A stretch of DNA of 64,000 bases from an uncultured Candidatus Saccharibacteria bacterium (GCA_965230975.1 OZ246402.1:800859-864858); one strand, 5' to 3'; numbered from the stretch's first letter, positions 18,354-27,853 are shown. Numbers and translations: made by a program. Notes: generated from the letters alone by a model not told the origin.

Positions 18354-19286
18354 TTAGGCCTCAATTTCAAATCTGGCATATATTTCTTTTTTGTAATCTT
18401 CCTCCGATTTCTCATCATCTTTAAAATATCCTTTAGATATTAAAGCCTCAGTTATTCCTTTTATTCCACTTACCCCTATATTCTTAACATTGAATTCAGG
18501 GCCTCCAAATAAAAGCTCGTGTTTAACTTCTCCTATAAAAATATAACTACCTCTCATTAAAGCATTATATGTTCTTCTAGGAAGATCTAATTCAGATATA
18601 TCTATAGAAGGGAAACTTTCACTATTATTAGCTCCTATCAAGTTATCTACTTGACTCTCATCAGGAAATCTTGCAATAAATCTTAAATACAAACCTGCTT
18701 CTATTCTAGATATATAATTTAATTCAAATAGTTGAACTACTAAATCTATAAAAACTGGGTTATTCATAATACGACTAGCAAACTGGTAATCTTCTCTGAT
18801 TGTTCTTAAGAGCTGTACTAAATCTGAAATATTTTGAACGTTTCTTGATTCTAAAAGTGCTCTTAATTCTCCACTAGGTCTAATCATTTCGATTGAATCT
18901 TGTAAGTTGCCTGGAATTCCTGATTGCATTGTGGATTGATATATAAAATCCAAAAAACTTTCAACTGTTAGTGCTGATAAGTCTTCTGAGTTATCGTAAG
19001 CATATTGTAAAAGTGCGTTTAATTTTAAATAGTTTGATTCTTCAATATCACCTTTCTGTACTAATTGTTTTATTCTAAGTAAAACTACAGAAGTTATTGC
19101 AGAGTAGGTGGATTTATCTATTGATTCTAAGTTTTGTAAGTATGCAAAATATAAACTTATTTGAATATCTTCAAAATCGTTTGCTAAGATTTGAGATATA
19201 AGAGCTAAAAGATTATCTGCATGAATCTTTACATTTTCTGGTAAATCTTCAGAACTTAAGTAATTGTTTAGAGCTGCAAATACCAT
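18354..19286 (-). CDS. RpoA alpha-CTD-like helix-hairpin-helix protein, paralog 1
   Basis: This C-terminus is the closest match of the three to the alpha-CTD: ELDLPRRTYNALMRGSYIFIGEVKHELLFGGPEFNVKNIGVSGIKGITEALISKGY. A second HhH-like motif lies upstream (LRALLESRNVQNISDLVQLL). Confidence 0.55.
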   Translation of the reverse strand: MVFAALNNYLSSEDLPENVKIHADNLLALISQILANDFEDIQISLYFAYLQNLESIDKSTYSAITSVVLLRIKQLVQKGDIEESNYLKLNALLQYAYDNSEDLSALTVESFLDFIYQSTMQSGIPGNLQDSIEMIRPSGELRALLESRNVQNISDLVQLLRTIREDYQFASRIMNNPVFIDLVVQLFELNYISRIEAGLYLRFIARFPDESQVDNLIGANNSESFPSIDISELDLPRRTYNALMRGSYIFIGEVKHELLFGGPEFNVKNIGVSGIKGITEALISKGYFKDDEKSEEDYKKEIYARFEIEA

Positions 19287-19359
19287 ATTTTTAAAATAAT
19301 ATGCGGAATGTTAGCATTAATGGACAGATTTTATCAATTTGCAATGTTTGGAAGGGCAG

Positions 19360-20187
19360 CTAAAGTTGAACCTCTTTATTTTTGTACCTTAAAAGTGAAA
19401 GCGCAACCAAAATTACAATTGCGACAATCATTACAATTATATTTTCTGGCTTTAAACTACTAGTCTTGGTAATTCCATTTAAATCTAAATAATAGAACGG
19501 TGTTAAATACCGTACAAATTCTGGAAAACCTGGAATTCGCGATAACGTATCTACCATAAAAGAGCCTAGAGTTAATGCTAAACCTGCAAACAAGGCAACA
19601 CCTTCTGACTTAACTAACCCAGCAAACATGGCAATTACACTAAATAGTATTTGAACTATAAAGCCTGCGCTAAAAGCAGCAAAAAAGAATTGAGGATAAA
19701 ATGCGTTTTCACTACCCAAAAACTTAGAAGACAAACTAGAAATTAATAGCACAACTAAATTACTTATTCCAAGCAGTACTACAAAAGCTGCAAATTTAGT
19801 TAAGAATATGTTTTGTCTTTTAATCTTTTTTAAAAACAATATAAATACAGAACCATCATTTAACTCTTTAACAATCATTCTGTTTAAAATATAGCCGCCA
19901 ATAATCGAGTTGATTATTATTAATGTAGATAAAAACTTTGTGTTGTAATAGCCTTTAAATTCAACCAACGTTTTAGCATCAGATCCAAATGCCTCTAGTA
20001 GTTCTGGAGGGAATCCTTTTAAGACTTCTGTTAGTTGAGCTGCCTGCTCTTTGATTGTTCCAAACAATGCTATTAACATTACAGCCATAGAGGCGAATAT
20101 TAATCCCCAAAAGATCATTAACTTTAAATGTCTTTTAAATTCAAACATAAAGACCGTTGTGGATTTGTTTAGTTCTGTTTTATTCAT
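19360..20187 (-). CDS. ABC-2 type transporter permease
   Basis: 275 aa with 6 predicted TMs. Overlaps the upstream ATPase gene by 8 bp. Confidence 0.7.
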   Translation of the reverse strand: MNKTELNKSTTVFMFEFKRHLKLMIFWGLIFASMAVMLIALFGTIKEQAAQLTEVLKGFPPELLEAFGSDAKTLVEFKGYYNTKFLSTLIIINSIIGGYILNRMIVKELNDGSVFILFLKKIKRQNIFLTKFAAFVVLLGISNLVVLLISSLSSKFLGSENAFYPQFFFAAFSAGFIVQILFSVIAMFAGLVKSEGVALFAGLALTLGSFMVDTLSRIPGFPEFVRYLTPFYYLDLNGITKTSSLKPENIIVMIVAIVILVALSLLRYKNKEVQL

Positions 20188-21058
20188 AATATTTCATAAA
20201 AATATCTTCTAGTGTTGGGTGTTCTATATAAAAGTCTGTTATGTCGTTTTCAAATAGAGTAGTTACGTCCTTTTTTACATCGCTTGTTAAGATTATGTAG
20301 TCTCCATTATCGTTTTGGGTTATTCCTTTTTTGAATATGTTTCTTAGTTTTTTAGATTCTTTGCCAAATTCTATTCTTATTTTTTTAGAATCTCCGTTTA
20401 GCACTTTTTTGGTGTCTCCTTCCATTAATATTTTGCCGTCTTTTATTAGTATTATTCTGTCTGTTATTTTTTCTACTTCTGATAGTACATGAGAGCTAAA
20501 GAATATTGTGCTGCCTGTTTTTTTTAGTTCTGTTAGTTCTTTTAGTACTTTGTTTTGCATTATTGGGTCTAGTGAGTTTGTTGGTTCGTCTAGTATTAAT
20601 AGTTTTGGTTTATGTTGTAATGCATTTACTATTGCTACTTTCTTTTTATTACCTAATGATAGTCTTCCAAACTTTTTGTTTAAATCTATTTCAAAGCTTT
20701 GTATTAAATGGTCAAAGTATTGTTTATCAAAGTTTTGGGATAATGATGCTGAGTAGTTTAGTATTTCTTTTACCGTTAAGCTTGTTGGAAATGTTGGTTC
20801 TCCTGGTAAGAATCCTATTTGTTCTATTACTTTTTGTAGATCTTCTAATGTTGTTATTTGCTCTCCAAACAGTTTATAACTCCCACCTGTTAGATTGGCA
20901 AAACCCAATATTGTTCTTATTGTGGTTGTTTTGCCGGCGCCGTTTGGGCCTAAGAATCCTACAATTTCGCCTTTGTTTAGCGTTATGTTTATGTTAAAGG
21001 CTCCTTTGTTGTTTGTGTATGTTTTGGTTAGGTTTGTGGTTTGTAGTATTGGGTCCAT
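20180..21058 (-). CDS. ABC transporter ATP-binding protein (ABC-2/DrrA-like)
   Basis: Walker A GPNGAGKTT, signature LSLGNKKKVAIVNAL, Walker B LLILDEPTNSLD, H-loop SSHV, plus a ~70-aa C-terminal extension. Confidence 0.85.
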   Translation of the reverse strand: MDPILQTTNLTKTYTNNKGAFNINITLNKGEIVGFLGPNGAGKTTTIRTILGFANLTGGSYKLFGEQITTLEDLQKVIEQIGFLPGEPTFPTSLTVKEILNYSASLSQNFDKQYFDHLIQSFEIDLNKKFGRLSLGNKKKVAIVNALQHKPKLLILDEPTNSLDPIMQNKVLKELTELKKTGSTIFFSSHVLSEVEKITDRIILIKDGKILMEGDTKKVLNGDSKKIRIEFGKESKKLRNIFKKGITQNDNGDYIILTSDVKKDVTTLFENDITDFYIEHPTLEDIFMKYYE

Positions 21059-21129
21059 TTATTTAGTATATTCCTAGTTACTTCTCTTGGCAATTTTTGT
21101 TTTTACGTTTTTAGTTAAGGGTAAATAGA

Positions 21130-21138
21130 TGATATAAT
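21130..21138 (+). promoter_or_regulatory. extended -10 element (TGATATAAT) upstream of tRNA-His
   Basis: TGnTATAAT ends 21 nt upstream of the tRNA-His 5' end. In an AT-rich genome this is suggestive only. Confidence 0.3.
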
Positions 21139-21159
21139 ACATCGATCTTTTAGCAATAT

Positions 21160-21232
21160 GGTGGTTGTAGCTCAATGGTAGAGCACTCGCCTGTGGAGCG
21201 AGGTGTTGTGGGTTCGAGCCCCACCAACTACC
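21160..21232 (+). tRNA. tRNA-His (anticodon GUG) with encoded G-1
   Basis: G-1 at 21160 pairs with discriminator C73. Acceptor GTGGTTG/CAACTAC, D arm GCTC-AATGGTA-GAGC, anticodon arm CTCGC-CTGTGGA-GCGAG (GUG), T arm GTGGG-TTCGAGC-CCCAC. Confidence 0.85.
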
Positions 21233-24152
21233 CCAAATTTGATTCTTCCCATTCTTTTTTATACTCGTAGTAATTAGGTGATCTATTCTCAATAAAAGTG
21301 TTCAGAATTTCCTCAATTTTATCGGCTGGCTCTTTAAATTCAATTAACTTTTTAACGGCCTGATCCATATGGTCTGAAGGATTTAGACCCTTTGGATAGT
21401 TAGCTAAATAATCCATCCATTTTATGAATTCTTCTTTACCTGCTTTATTTAATATTTTCAGTAGGATGTCTCCATTCTTGTAAAATGGCCACCAATTCAA
21501 CTGTGATAAATCATTTTGACCTTTAAAGAACTTTCTCTCATTAATAATACACTTAGTCCAAAGTGAGAAGCATTCTGTGAATTTCTCATCAATATTCTCT
21601 TCTATGAAATAATAGATTCTTTCATAGATTTCGTGATTATAAACTTTTGTGAATTTCTCTAAATATTTAATAGCAATTTTAAAATTTTCATTATGATGCG
21701 ACTTATCTGATCCTAGTCTCCAGAAATTCCATGCGATATTTACTTTAATACTCTCAGAGGAATTTTCCATCAAATCAAACAATATGCTTTTGAATGGCTT
21801 ATCATTAAAGGTGTTGACTTTGTACCAATAGTCCTTACCCAAAACTGCTTCAAAAGCTTTGGATTTATAAGCTTTTGCTCTAAATTCCGCATAGAAGATT
21901 ATCAATGGAAGGAAGTGGTCTATAACTACCTCATAAGGTGATTTACTTGATCTGTTATTGTATACATTTGTCAAAGGTAAATTCAATATTATATTTACAA
22001 ATTTCATTGCTTTATCCTCTTCTATACTCCTCATAAAGCCAAAAACGTTAACTATAGACTTCATTAATTCCATAACAGATTGATTATTTTTATCTACTAG
22101 CATATCAAAAGCGATTGATTCTATTTCTTGTGCTAGTTCGAATGAAATAAATCTTTCAACAGGCATAATATTTGGCATTTTTGTATGCCTGTTTTTCGCG
22201 AGTTCAGTTAAAGGTACGCATGCTTGCATTCTTACATAGTAACTTGAATCTTGAGATAAAATCCTTACAAGTTTCGTAACTTCAGCTAAATAAGCCCGCC
22301 CACTTAAATTACAAAAATATAACAATGCCCAAGCACAATAACCCCTAACTGTTGTAATTATTGAAACTTCATTTTCATTTTTAAGCAAATCTAATTCAAC
22401 ACTATCCTCATGAATTGGATCTTTATCTTGAATAAATATTCTTATTAACTTTAAAGACTCATCAAAAAACTTATTTCTTGCCAATTTCTCAGCAAGTTTA
22501 ACTATGTTTTGTCTTGCTAAATTTTCGCTAAAGAATTGTTCAATTTGAGCAATATTATTATCATATTTAGTCAGTATTGGATCTAATACCCTATAAACCT
22601 GTATAAATAAATCCGAATCATCAGGTATGTAATCAATAATACTAGTAATTGAATTTTGTTGATTTGGAGTTAGTGTTACTTCGTTTAATATATTACTTAT
22701 AAGTGTAGTACCCTTATTTATATCTTTTTGAAGTATGGTAACTAACAATCTCGAAAATTTAAATACCTCAAAATGTTCTGTTTCGATCTTAAATTTATCA
22801 GTATTAACATAGTTGGTTAGGGCATCGATGCCTTCGTCAAAACTTATATCCGAACTGATTAATTTACTTATTATCTCAAACGGATTGAAGCCCCAATGAC
22901 CATGTCGTTTCAAATAAGTAGAGTTATTTAACCAGACTTTTAATATCTCATTTGCTTCAGTATTACCTTCAGCAGCAAGGTCTGACACGATTTGCTCAAC
23001 AAACACATTTGCCGGTGCTCCGTTATATCCCTTTATCTTTAACTGTTCTTTAACATAGTCTAATTTTACTGTGCCAGAAAGTTTCTTTGAGTTTCTAAGT
23101 GCCTGAAAAATCAATTCTGTTTTATAAGGGATTCCACTTCTCATCAGAATAAACTTCTTAAGAATATATTTAGTTTCTTTGACATACTTATCTTCTTCTA
23201 GATTCTGAATTAGTAAAGGAATAACAGCTCTATTAAGAAAATCTGGCCTTTTTGTGTTAATCTTTTTCTCATCAACCTCTATCAAATTTTCTTTTATATA
23301 ATTCCAGGTTTCATCATCGAACTTATAAAATTCTTCAAGAGCTGGAGTTAGTGCATACATCACAAAGTGCCTATCAAATAGAGAATGTTCATCATTCAAA
23401 CTTGATATTCCAGCACCCATATGTTCCCATCCTTTAAATCCATCTTTTATACCTATTCTCTTATAGTCTTGTTTATACTGCTTGACTATAATCTTTTTAA
23501 TTTTTAAGAAATTACTTTCAAAATCGAGATTAATATAATTCCTGAGAATAGTGAATACTGTTTTAGGAGTATATAAATCATATTCTCCATCACCAGCTAC
23601 TAAGTTAAAATATTTATCAAGTAAGAAAACAATCTCTGCTAATTCTTCAATCTGATTAATCATTTTAGATGAAGCATTTCCCAATAATTCTGCAACTTGT
23701 ATTTTTTCGTGCTCTAATTTATTTCTATGATCTAAGGATTTATAGCTATGTCCTCTATGTGTTAGTACTATTTTAACTATAGTAATTAAGTCATTATATT
23801 GTAGTAAATTATTATTAAACATCGTATTTAATGTATGAAGAAGACTATTTGATTCAAATTCAAGAAAGCCATCTATATTATTGACGAGAAGTTCAAGGAA
23901 AAACGACTTGCCTATTTGTGGATAATTATCCTCGAGTGTTTTTAAGACCAAAAAATATTCTCGATTTTTAATCAAGAAGTCTATTAAACTGATAAAAATT
24001 TCGTTATTAAAGTTATTCGTAAGTTCTTTTAGGTAGTATCTTAGCATCATAGGATCATGTACGATCTCGTTAAGAGATGCAATATCTTTCTCACTTAGGT
24101 GCTGTTTGTCTAAAGTTTCTTTTATTTTTGATATTTTATAGAGCTGGTTCAT
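21228..24152 (-). CDS. large hypothetical alpha-helical protein (974 aa)
   Basis: Long ORF with no recognisable catalytic motif. Overlaps the upstream 207-aa gene by 17 bp, suggesting translational coupling. Confidence 0.5.
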   Translation of the reverse strand: MNQLYKISKIKETLDKQHLSEKDIASLNEIVHDPMMLRYYLKELTNNFNNEIFISLIDFLIKNREYFLVLKTLEDNYPQIGKSFFLELLVNNIDGFLEFESNSLLHTLNTMFNNNLLQYNDLITIVKIVLTHRGHSYKSLDHRNKLEHEKIQVAELLGNASSKMINQIEELAEIVFLLDKYFNLVAGDGEYDLYTPKTVFTILRNYINLDFESNFLKIKKIIVKQYKQDYKRIGIKDGFKGWEHMGAGISSLNDEHSLFDRHFVMYALTPALEEFYKFDDETWNYIKENLIEVDEKKINTKRPDFLNRAVIPLLIQNLEEDKYVKETKYILKKFILMRSGIPYKTELIFQALRNSKKLSGTVKLDYVKEQLKIKGYNGAPANVFVEQIVSDLAAEGNTEANEILKVWLNNSTYLKRHGHWGFNPFEIISKLISSDISFDEGIDALTNYVNTDKFKIETEHFEVFKFSRLLVTILQKDINKGTTLISNILNEVTLTPNQQNSITSIIDYIPDDSDLFIQVYRVLDPILTKYDNNIAQIEQFFSENLARQNIVKLAEKLARNKFFDESLKLIRIFIQDKDPIHEDSVELDLLKNENEVSIITTVRGYCAWALLYFCNLSGRAYLAEVTKLVRILSQDSSYYVRMQACVPLTELAKNRHTKMPNIMPVERFISFELAQEIESIAFDMLVDKNNQSVMELMKSIVNVFGFMRSIEEDKAMKFVNIILNLPLTNVYNNRSSKSPYEVVIDHFLPLIIFYAEFRAKAYKSKAFEAVLGKDYWYKVNTFNDKPFKSILFDLMENSSESIKVNIAWNFWRLGSDKSHHNENFKIAIKYLEKFTKVYNHEIYERIYYFIEENIDEKFTECFSLWTKCIINERKFFKGQNDLSQLNWWPFYKNGDILLKILNKAGKEEFIKWMDYLANYPKGLNPSDHMDQAVKKLIEFKEPADKIEEILNTFIENRSPNYYEYKKEWEESNLG

Positions 24153-24759
24153 TTATATTTTCTATATTAGTATTGATTGGATTTTCTATATACTTTTTTA
24201 TTTGAGGATCATTAGCATTACTTGGAAATCTGTCATCTCTTAAAATATTACAAATTCTTCTAAAATCATCAACATTGAATTTATAGTTTTGTGAATATTT
24301 TTCGTTGTAACAATGAATTGTTGACTGAATTTTTCTTGCTATGTCTCGACCATTTGCAAAACGAAAGAAAAGATACCCTCCATTAATACGACTAAGGATA
24401 TGTAACTTGGCTGCATGGTTAAAATCACCCGAAGTAACAATATACAATTCTCCAAGTTTACCAGCATCATGCAACATTGTGAATTCATTGTTAAGCGCCT
24501 CACTTGCCTGATTACAAACTGTCCGAATATCCTTATCCGTATTTCCACTTTTTACAATATCTTCAGCTTTTAATAAAACACCTCCTATTAAACGATCAGA
24601 AGAGTAGAAATCACAAAAAGTATAAAGAATATCAACTCCATTTTCGGAGTTACCGTGATTATCTTCAACAAAATGATAGTTGACTTCATACAATGGGATT
24701 ATAACCTTTAACCTCAGAGTATTTTCGTCTAAATGTTTTATCTCATCTTCAATTGACAT
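24136..24759 (-). CDS. hypothetical protein (207 aa), first gene of the two-gene cassette
   Basis: ORF coupled to the 974-aa gene. No confident motif. Confidence 0.45.
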   Translation of the reverse strand: MSIEDEIKHLDENTLRLKVIIPLYEVNYHFVEDNHGNSENGVDILYTFCDFYSSDRLIGGVLLKAEDIVKSGNTDKDIRTVCNQASEALNNEFTMLHDAGKLGELYIVTSGDFNHAAKLHILSRINGGYLFFRFANGRDIARKIQSTIHCYNEKYSQNYKFNVDDFRRICNILRDDRFPSNANDPQIKKYIENPINTNIENINEPAL

Positions 24760-24844
24760 TTTCTGGATATTAGAATTTTATAAAGATGTTATCACCTTTA
24801 ATACCAATTGTCTTTAGTTTAAATAAATATATACTCAGTATAAA

Positions 24845-25801
24845 TCATACCCTCACCACCACGCTTCCTCTTTTTCTTCCTGTTTCTACATACTCATGTG
24901 CTTTTGCAATATCTTCAAACTCAAATACCCTATCAATATTCGGCTTTAACTTATTACCTTCAATCAAATCTATCACAGCTTGTAAATCCTCCTTCTTTTC
25001 CGGAGCAGTACCAGTCAAGAATTTCTTACCATCTTCACGATTTTTCTTAGCAAACAACTCTGGAAAAGTAGCAACCGCCTGTAAAAACACACCATTAGAA
25101 TTCAACAAATGCTTATAATCCTTAAACCTCAAATTACCAACAACATCTAAAATAACATCAAACTTTAAAGACAAATCCCTCAAATTAATATTCTTATAAT
25201 CAATAACATCTTTAGCACCTAAAGACTTAACAAAACTTGCATTACTACCGCTACAAACACCAACAACACTAGCACCGTTAGACGCTGCAATTTGAACAGC
25301 ATTAGAACCAACAGCACCAGAAGCACCATTAATCAAAACACTCTGACCAGCCTTAAGATTACCCAAATTCAAAAAAAACAAAGCAGTACATGCACCAAAA
25401 GGAACACCAGCAGCCTCTTCAAAACTTAAATTTGATGGCTTAAGCAAAATAGCACTACTAACATCAATAACAACATACTCGGCATAAATATTAAAAACCC
25501 TAAAACCAATAACTTCATCTCCAACTTTAAAATCTGTAACACTAGACCCAACCTCTTCAACAACACCAGAAAACTCAGAACCTAAAATCTTTTTTCTTGG
25601 TGCAAAAATCCCCAAAGCTAACCTTGCTGGAATACTAAAACCCTTAGGGAATTTTGCACTCCTAATTCTTACATCCCCTGAAGTTACACCAAAAGCTTTA
25701 ACTTTAACTAATACCTGTGTAGGGTTTGGAGTTGTTTTATCAACCTCAGTAATTTTAACAACTTGTGGGCCACCATATTTTGTTACAATCGCTGCTTTCA
25801 T
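24845..25801 (-). CDS. NADPH:quinone oxidoreductase / MDR-family zinc-independent alcohol dehydrogenase-like
   Basis: MKAAIVTKYGGPQVVKITEV...VKVKAFGV N-terminus and Rossmann motif LINGASGAVGSNAVQIAASNGASVVGV, typical of Qor-type medium-chain reductases. Confidence 0.8.
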   Translation of the reverse strand: MKAAIVTKYGGPQVVKITEVDKTTPNPTQVLVKVKAFGVTSGDVRIRSAKFPKGFSIPARLALGIFAPRKKILGSEFSGVVEEVGSSVTDFKVGDEVIGFRVFNIYAEYVVIDVSSAILLKPSNLSFEEAAGVPFGACTALFFLNLGNLKAGQSVLINGASGAVGSNAVQIAASNGASVVGVCSGSNASFVKSLGAKDVIDYKNINLRDLSLKFDVILDVVGNLRFKDYKHLLNSNGVFLQAVATFPELFAKKNREDGKKFLTGTAPEKKEDLQAVIDLIEGNKLKPNIDRVFEFEDIAKAHEYVETGRKRGSVVVRV

Positions 25802-26160
25802 AAATTAATCGAATAATAAATCACACCTACATTAAAAAACAAACTAATTACTAGTAAAAACTTATCGTAATAACCTTTATAAGTAGGTATTCCAAACAAA
25901 TTAAACACAAAGAAAAATCCAGAAACAACAATATTTACAACCTTATTAAAATCTATTGGTAAAACTAAATTTAAAAACACCATCAAAATAGGAACAACCA
26001 TCAAACAAGCTATAAACATCATCATAGACTGAGTAAGCTTCTTACCTTCAACCTCACCCATAACAAAATCCCCCTTAAAAATCCTTAAAACATCTCCAAG
26101 CAAGTAAACAAGTGCAGTGCAAATCCAAAGCGCGCTAATTAAGATTATATTATTGTCCAT
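25798..26160 (-). CDS. small integral membrane protein (DoxX-like)
   Basis: 120 aa with 4 TM helices. Its stop overlaps the start of the oxidoreductase gene by 4 bp. Confidence 0.4.
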   Translation of the reverse strand: MDNNIILISALWICTALVYLLGDVLRIFKGDFVMGEVEGKKLTQSMMMFIACLMVVPILMVFLNLVLPIDFNKVVNIVVSGFFFVFNLFGIPTYKGYYDKFLLVISLFFNVGVIYYSINL

Positions 26161-26329
26161 AATTTATTATTTAACAGATAAGGAAAATTCTACCAGTAAA
26201 ATTGATAAATTGCATAATTATATTTCAAAGTAGTTATTACAACATCACTTTTCTAGACTATTACTCACAGCTCTATATTTAATGTATACAAGGGTATTCA
26301 TTTACCCCAAATAATATTATAATCTACTT

Positions 26330-26737
26330 ATGAAATTTGTAGCCTGCTTTATAATATTTGAAAACAAAATACTAACTGTCAAAAGATCTTCCAATGAAGT
26401 TGAAGGTGGTAAGAATGGCTTAATTGGAGGTGGAATTGAAGATGGAGAGCTAGCTATTGATTCTATGACAAGAGAAATTCGCGAAGAGATAAACTTACAG
26501 GTAAATGGTAACGACTTAATAGATCTTGGAAATCACAAATTGCCATTTAATGGGGTAGAAGTAGAGTTTAATTGCTATAAATTGAACCTAAAAGAGTCAT
26601 TTAATCCTAAACTTGATCCAAACGAAGCAGAAGGTTTTGAATGGGTTACAATTGATGAACTACTATCTAAACCAAATCTTGTAAGTGGATTAGGAGAGCT
26701 AATTGAAATTCTAGGGAAAGATCGAATAGTAAGCTAA
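26330..26737 (+). CDS. NUDIX hydrolase
   Basis: Nudix box GGGIEDGELAIDSMTREIREEINL (GX5EX7REUXEEXGU). Confidence 0.8.
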   Translation: MKFVACFIIFENKILTVKRSSNEVEGGKNGLIGGGIEDGELAIDSMTREIREEINLQVNGNDLIDLGNHKLPFNGVEVEFNCYKLNLKESFNPKLDPNEAEGFEWVTIDELLSKPNLVSGLGELIEILGKDRIVS

Positions 26738-26853
26738 ACCTCTATAAGATAAATTAATTGACTTGTATTTTCTCCCTCAGATACAAAAGTCATCTTCAGA
26801 AAAGTTTATCCATATCTGCTATTATTAAGTCGTTAACTTATTAAAATTAACCT

Positions 26854-27237
26854 ATGCTAAAAATAAACCCATGGATCAACTTTAACGGCAATGCAGAAGA
26901 AGCATTTGATTTTTATCAATCAATATTTGGAGGCGAAATTCAAAAAGAACTAGATGAAAACAACAACTTAATGTTTATAAGATTACCAATAGGTGCACAA
27001 AATACATTAATTTCAAACAACGTACCCGAAGAATTAGGAAAAGTAAACGAACGGGAAAATAGAAGCAAAATAGATGTAAGCACAGACAACAAAGAAGAAG
27101 CAGAAAGAATATTTAACGGACTATCACAAGGAGGAGAAGTAGAAGTACCAATGAGCGAAGGCATGGGAATGTTCTTTGGAATGCTAAGAGACAAGTATGG
27201 AATAGAGTGGATAGTTGAATATAATTCAAATAACTAG
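26854..27237 (+). CDS. VOC-family protein (PhnB/YjdN-like glyoxalase fold)
   Basis: N-terminal INPWINFNGNAEEAFDFYQSIFGGEI and C-terminal YGIEWIV are typical of the PhnB-like family. Confidence 0.65.
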   Translation: MLKINPWINFNGNAEEAFDFYQSIFGGEIQKELDENNNLMFIRLPIGAQNTLISNNVPEELGKVNERENRSKIDVSTDNKEEAERIFNGLSQGGEVEVPMSEGMGMFFGMLRDKYGIEWIVEYNSNN

Positions 27238-27265
27238 AAAAACCCAATCGTATTTAACCTTACAA

Positions 27266-27853
27266 CTACAATTGTTCCCACTCTTCATAATCAATTACAT
27301 GAGCTGTAATACTTCCATTAGAATCAACTTGATATAATAATTGTCCAGCATCAAAATCTAAAAGTATTAATCCTCTTGTATGTGCGAATTGCCTAATAGT
27401 TTTTATATGATTAATAACAATACTTTGCTGATCTTCGGTTAAATCATTATAAGAAATACCATTTTCTATAAAAGGTGCATAAGAAACAAGTAGCTGTTGC
27501 CCTGCATTACGTTCACTAATAAGCCATGGGAGAAATGATGAGGCAGTTTCGGGAGATAAGGCAATTGCATAATTAATCGGCTGTAATTGCAAACTAAAAG
27601 TATCATCTGCAAATTGGGCATTGAAAGCGGTTACAAAATTTTCCATAGGATCTTGCAGCATCATCTCTTGATTTTCTGCATCGGTATCATGAAAACCTGC
27701 TTTTACCATATATTTGCCTGTGCTTGTAGAAAGTACTGTTTTTAAACGCGACTCATCTTCTCTTGCTTGTAATTCCTGTAGATGCTCAAATCCGACTCTT
27801 CTAAAAAAATCCTCGCAATTTATTTGTTGGTCACAATTAAATACTATGTCCAT
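27266..27853 (-). CDS. hypothetical protein
   Basis: 195-aa ORF with no motif. Confidence 0.4.
   Translation of the reverse strand: MDIVFNCDQQINCEDFFRRVGFEHLQELQAREDESRLKTVLSTSTGKYMVKAGFHDTDAENQEMMLQDPMENFVTAFNAQFADDTFSLQLQPINYAIALSPETASSFLPWLISERNAGQQLLVSYAPFIENGISYNDLTEDQQSIVINHIKTIRQFAHTRGLILLDFDAGQLLYQVDSNGSITAHVIDYEEWEQL

Noticed and set aside
20506-21077. Three plus-strand ORFs (163, 82 and 60 aa) inside the ABC ATPase gene
   Set aside because: They lie antisense within a gene with strong Walker A, signature and Walker B motifs. Their products are Leu/Phe-rich low-complexity strings typical of shadow frames in AT-rich DNA.
21074-21292. 72-aa minus-strand ORF
   Set aside because: It overlaps the tRNA-His gene (21160-21232) on the opposite strand and the operon promoter region. 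The tRNA fold is unambiguous.
24339-25118. Short ORFs of 69 aa (minus, alternate frame) and 110 aa (plus) overlapping the 207-aa gene and the oxidoreductase gene
   Set aside because: Overlap better-supported longer ORFs. No motifs.
26940-27194. 84-aa minus-strand ORF within the PhnB-like gene
   Set aside because: Antisense to a protein with conserved family termini.
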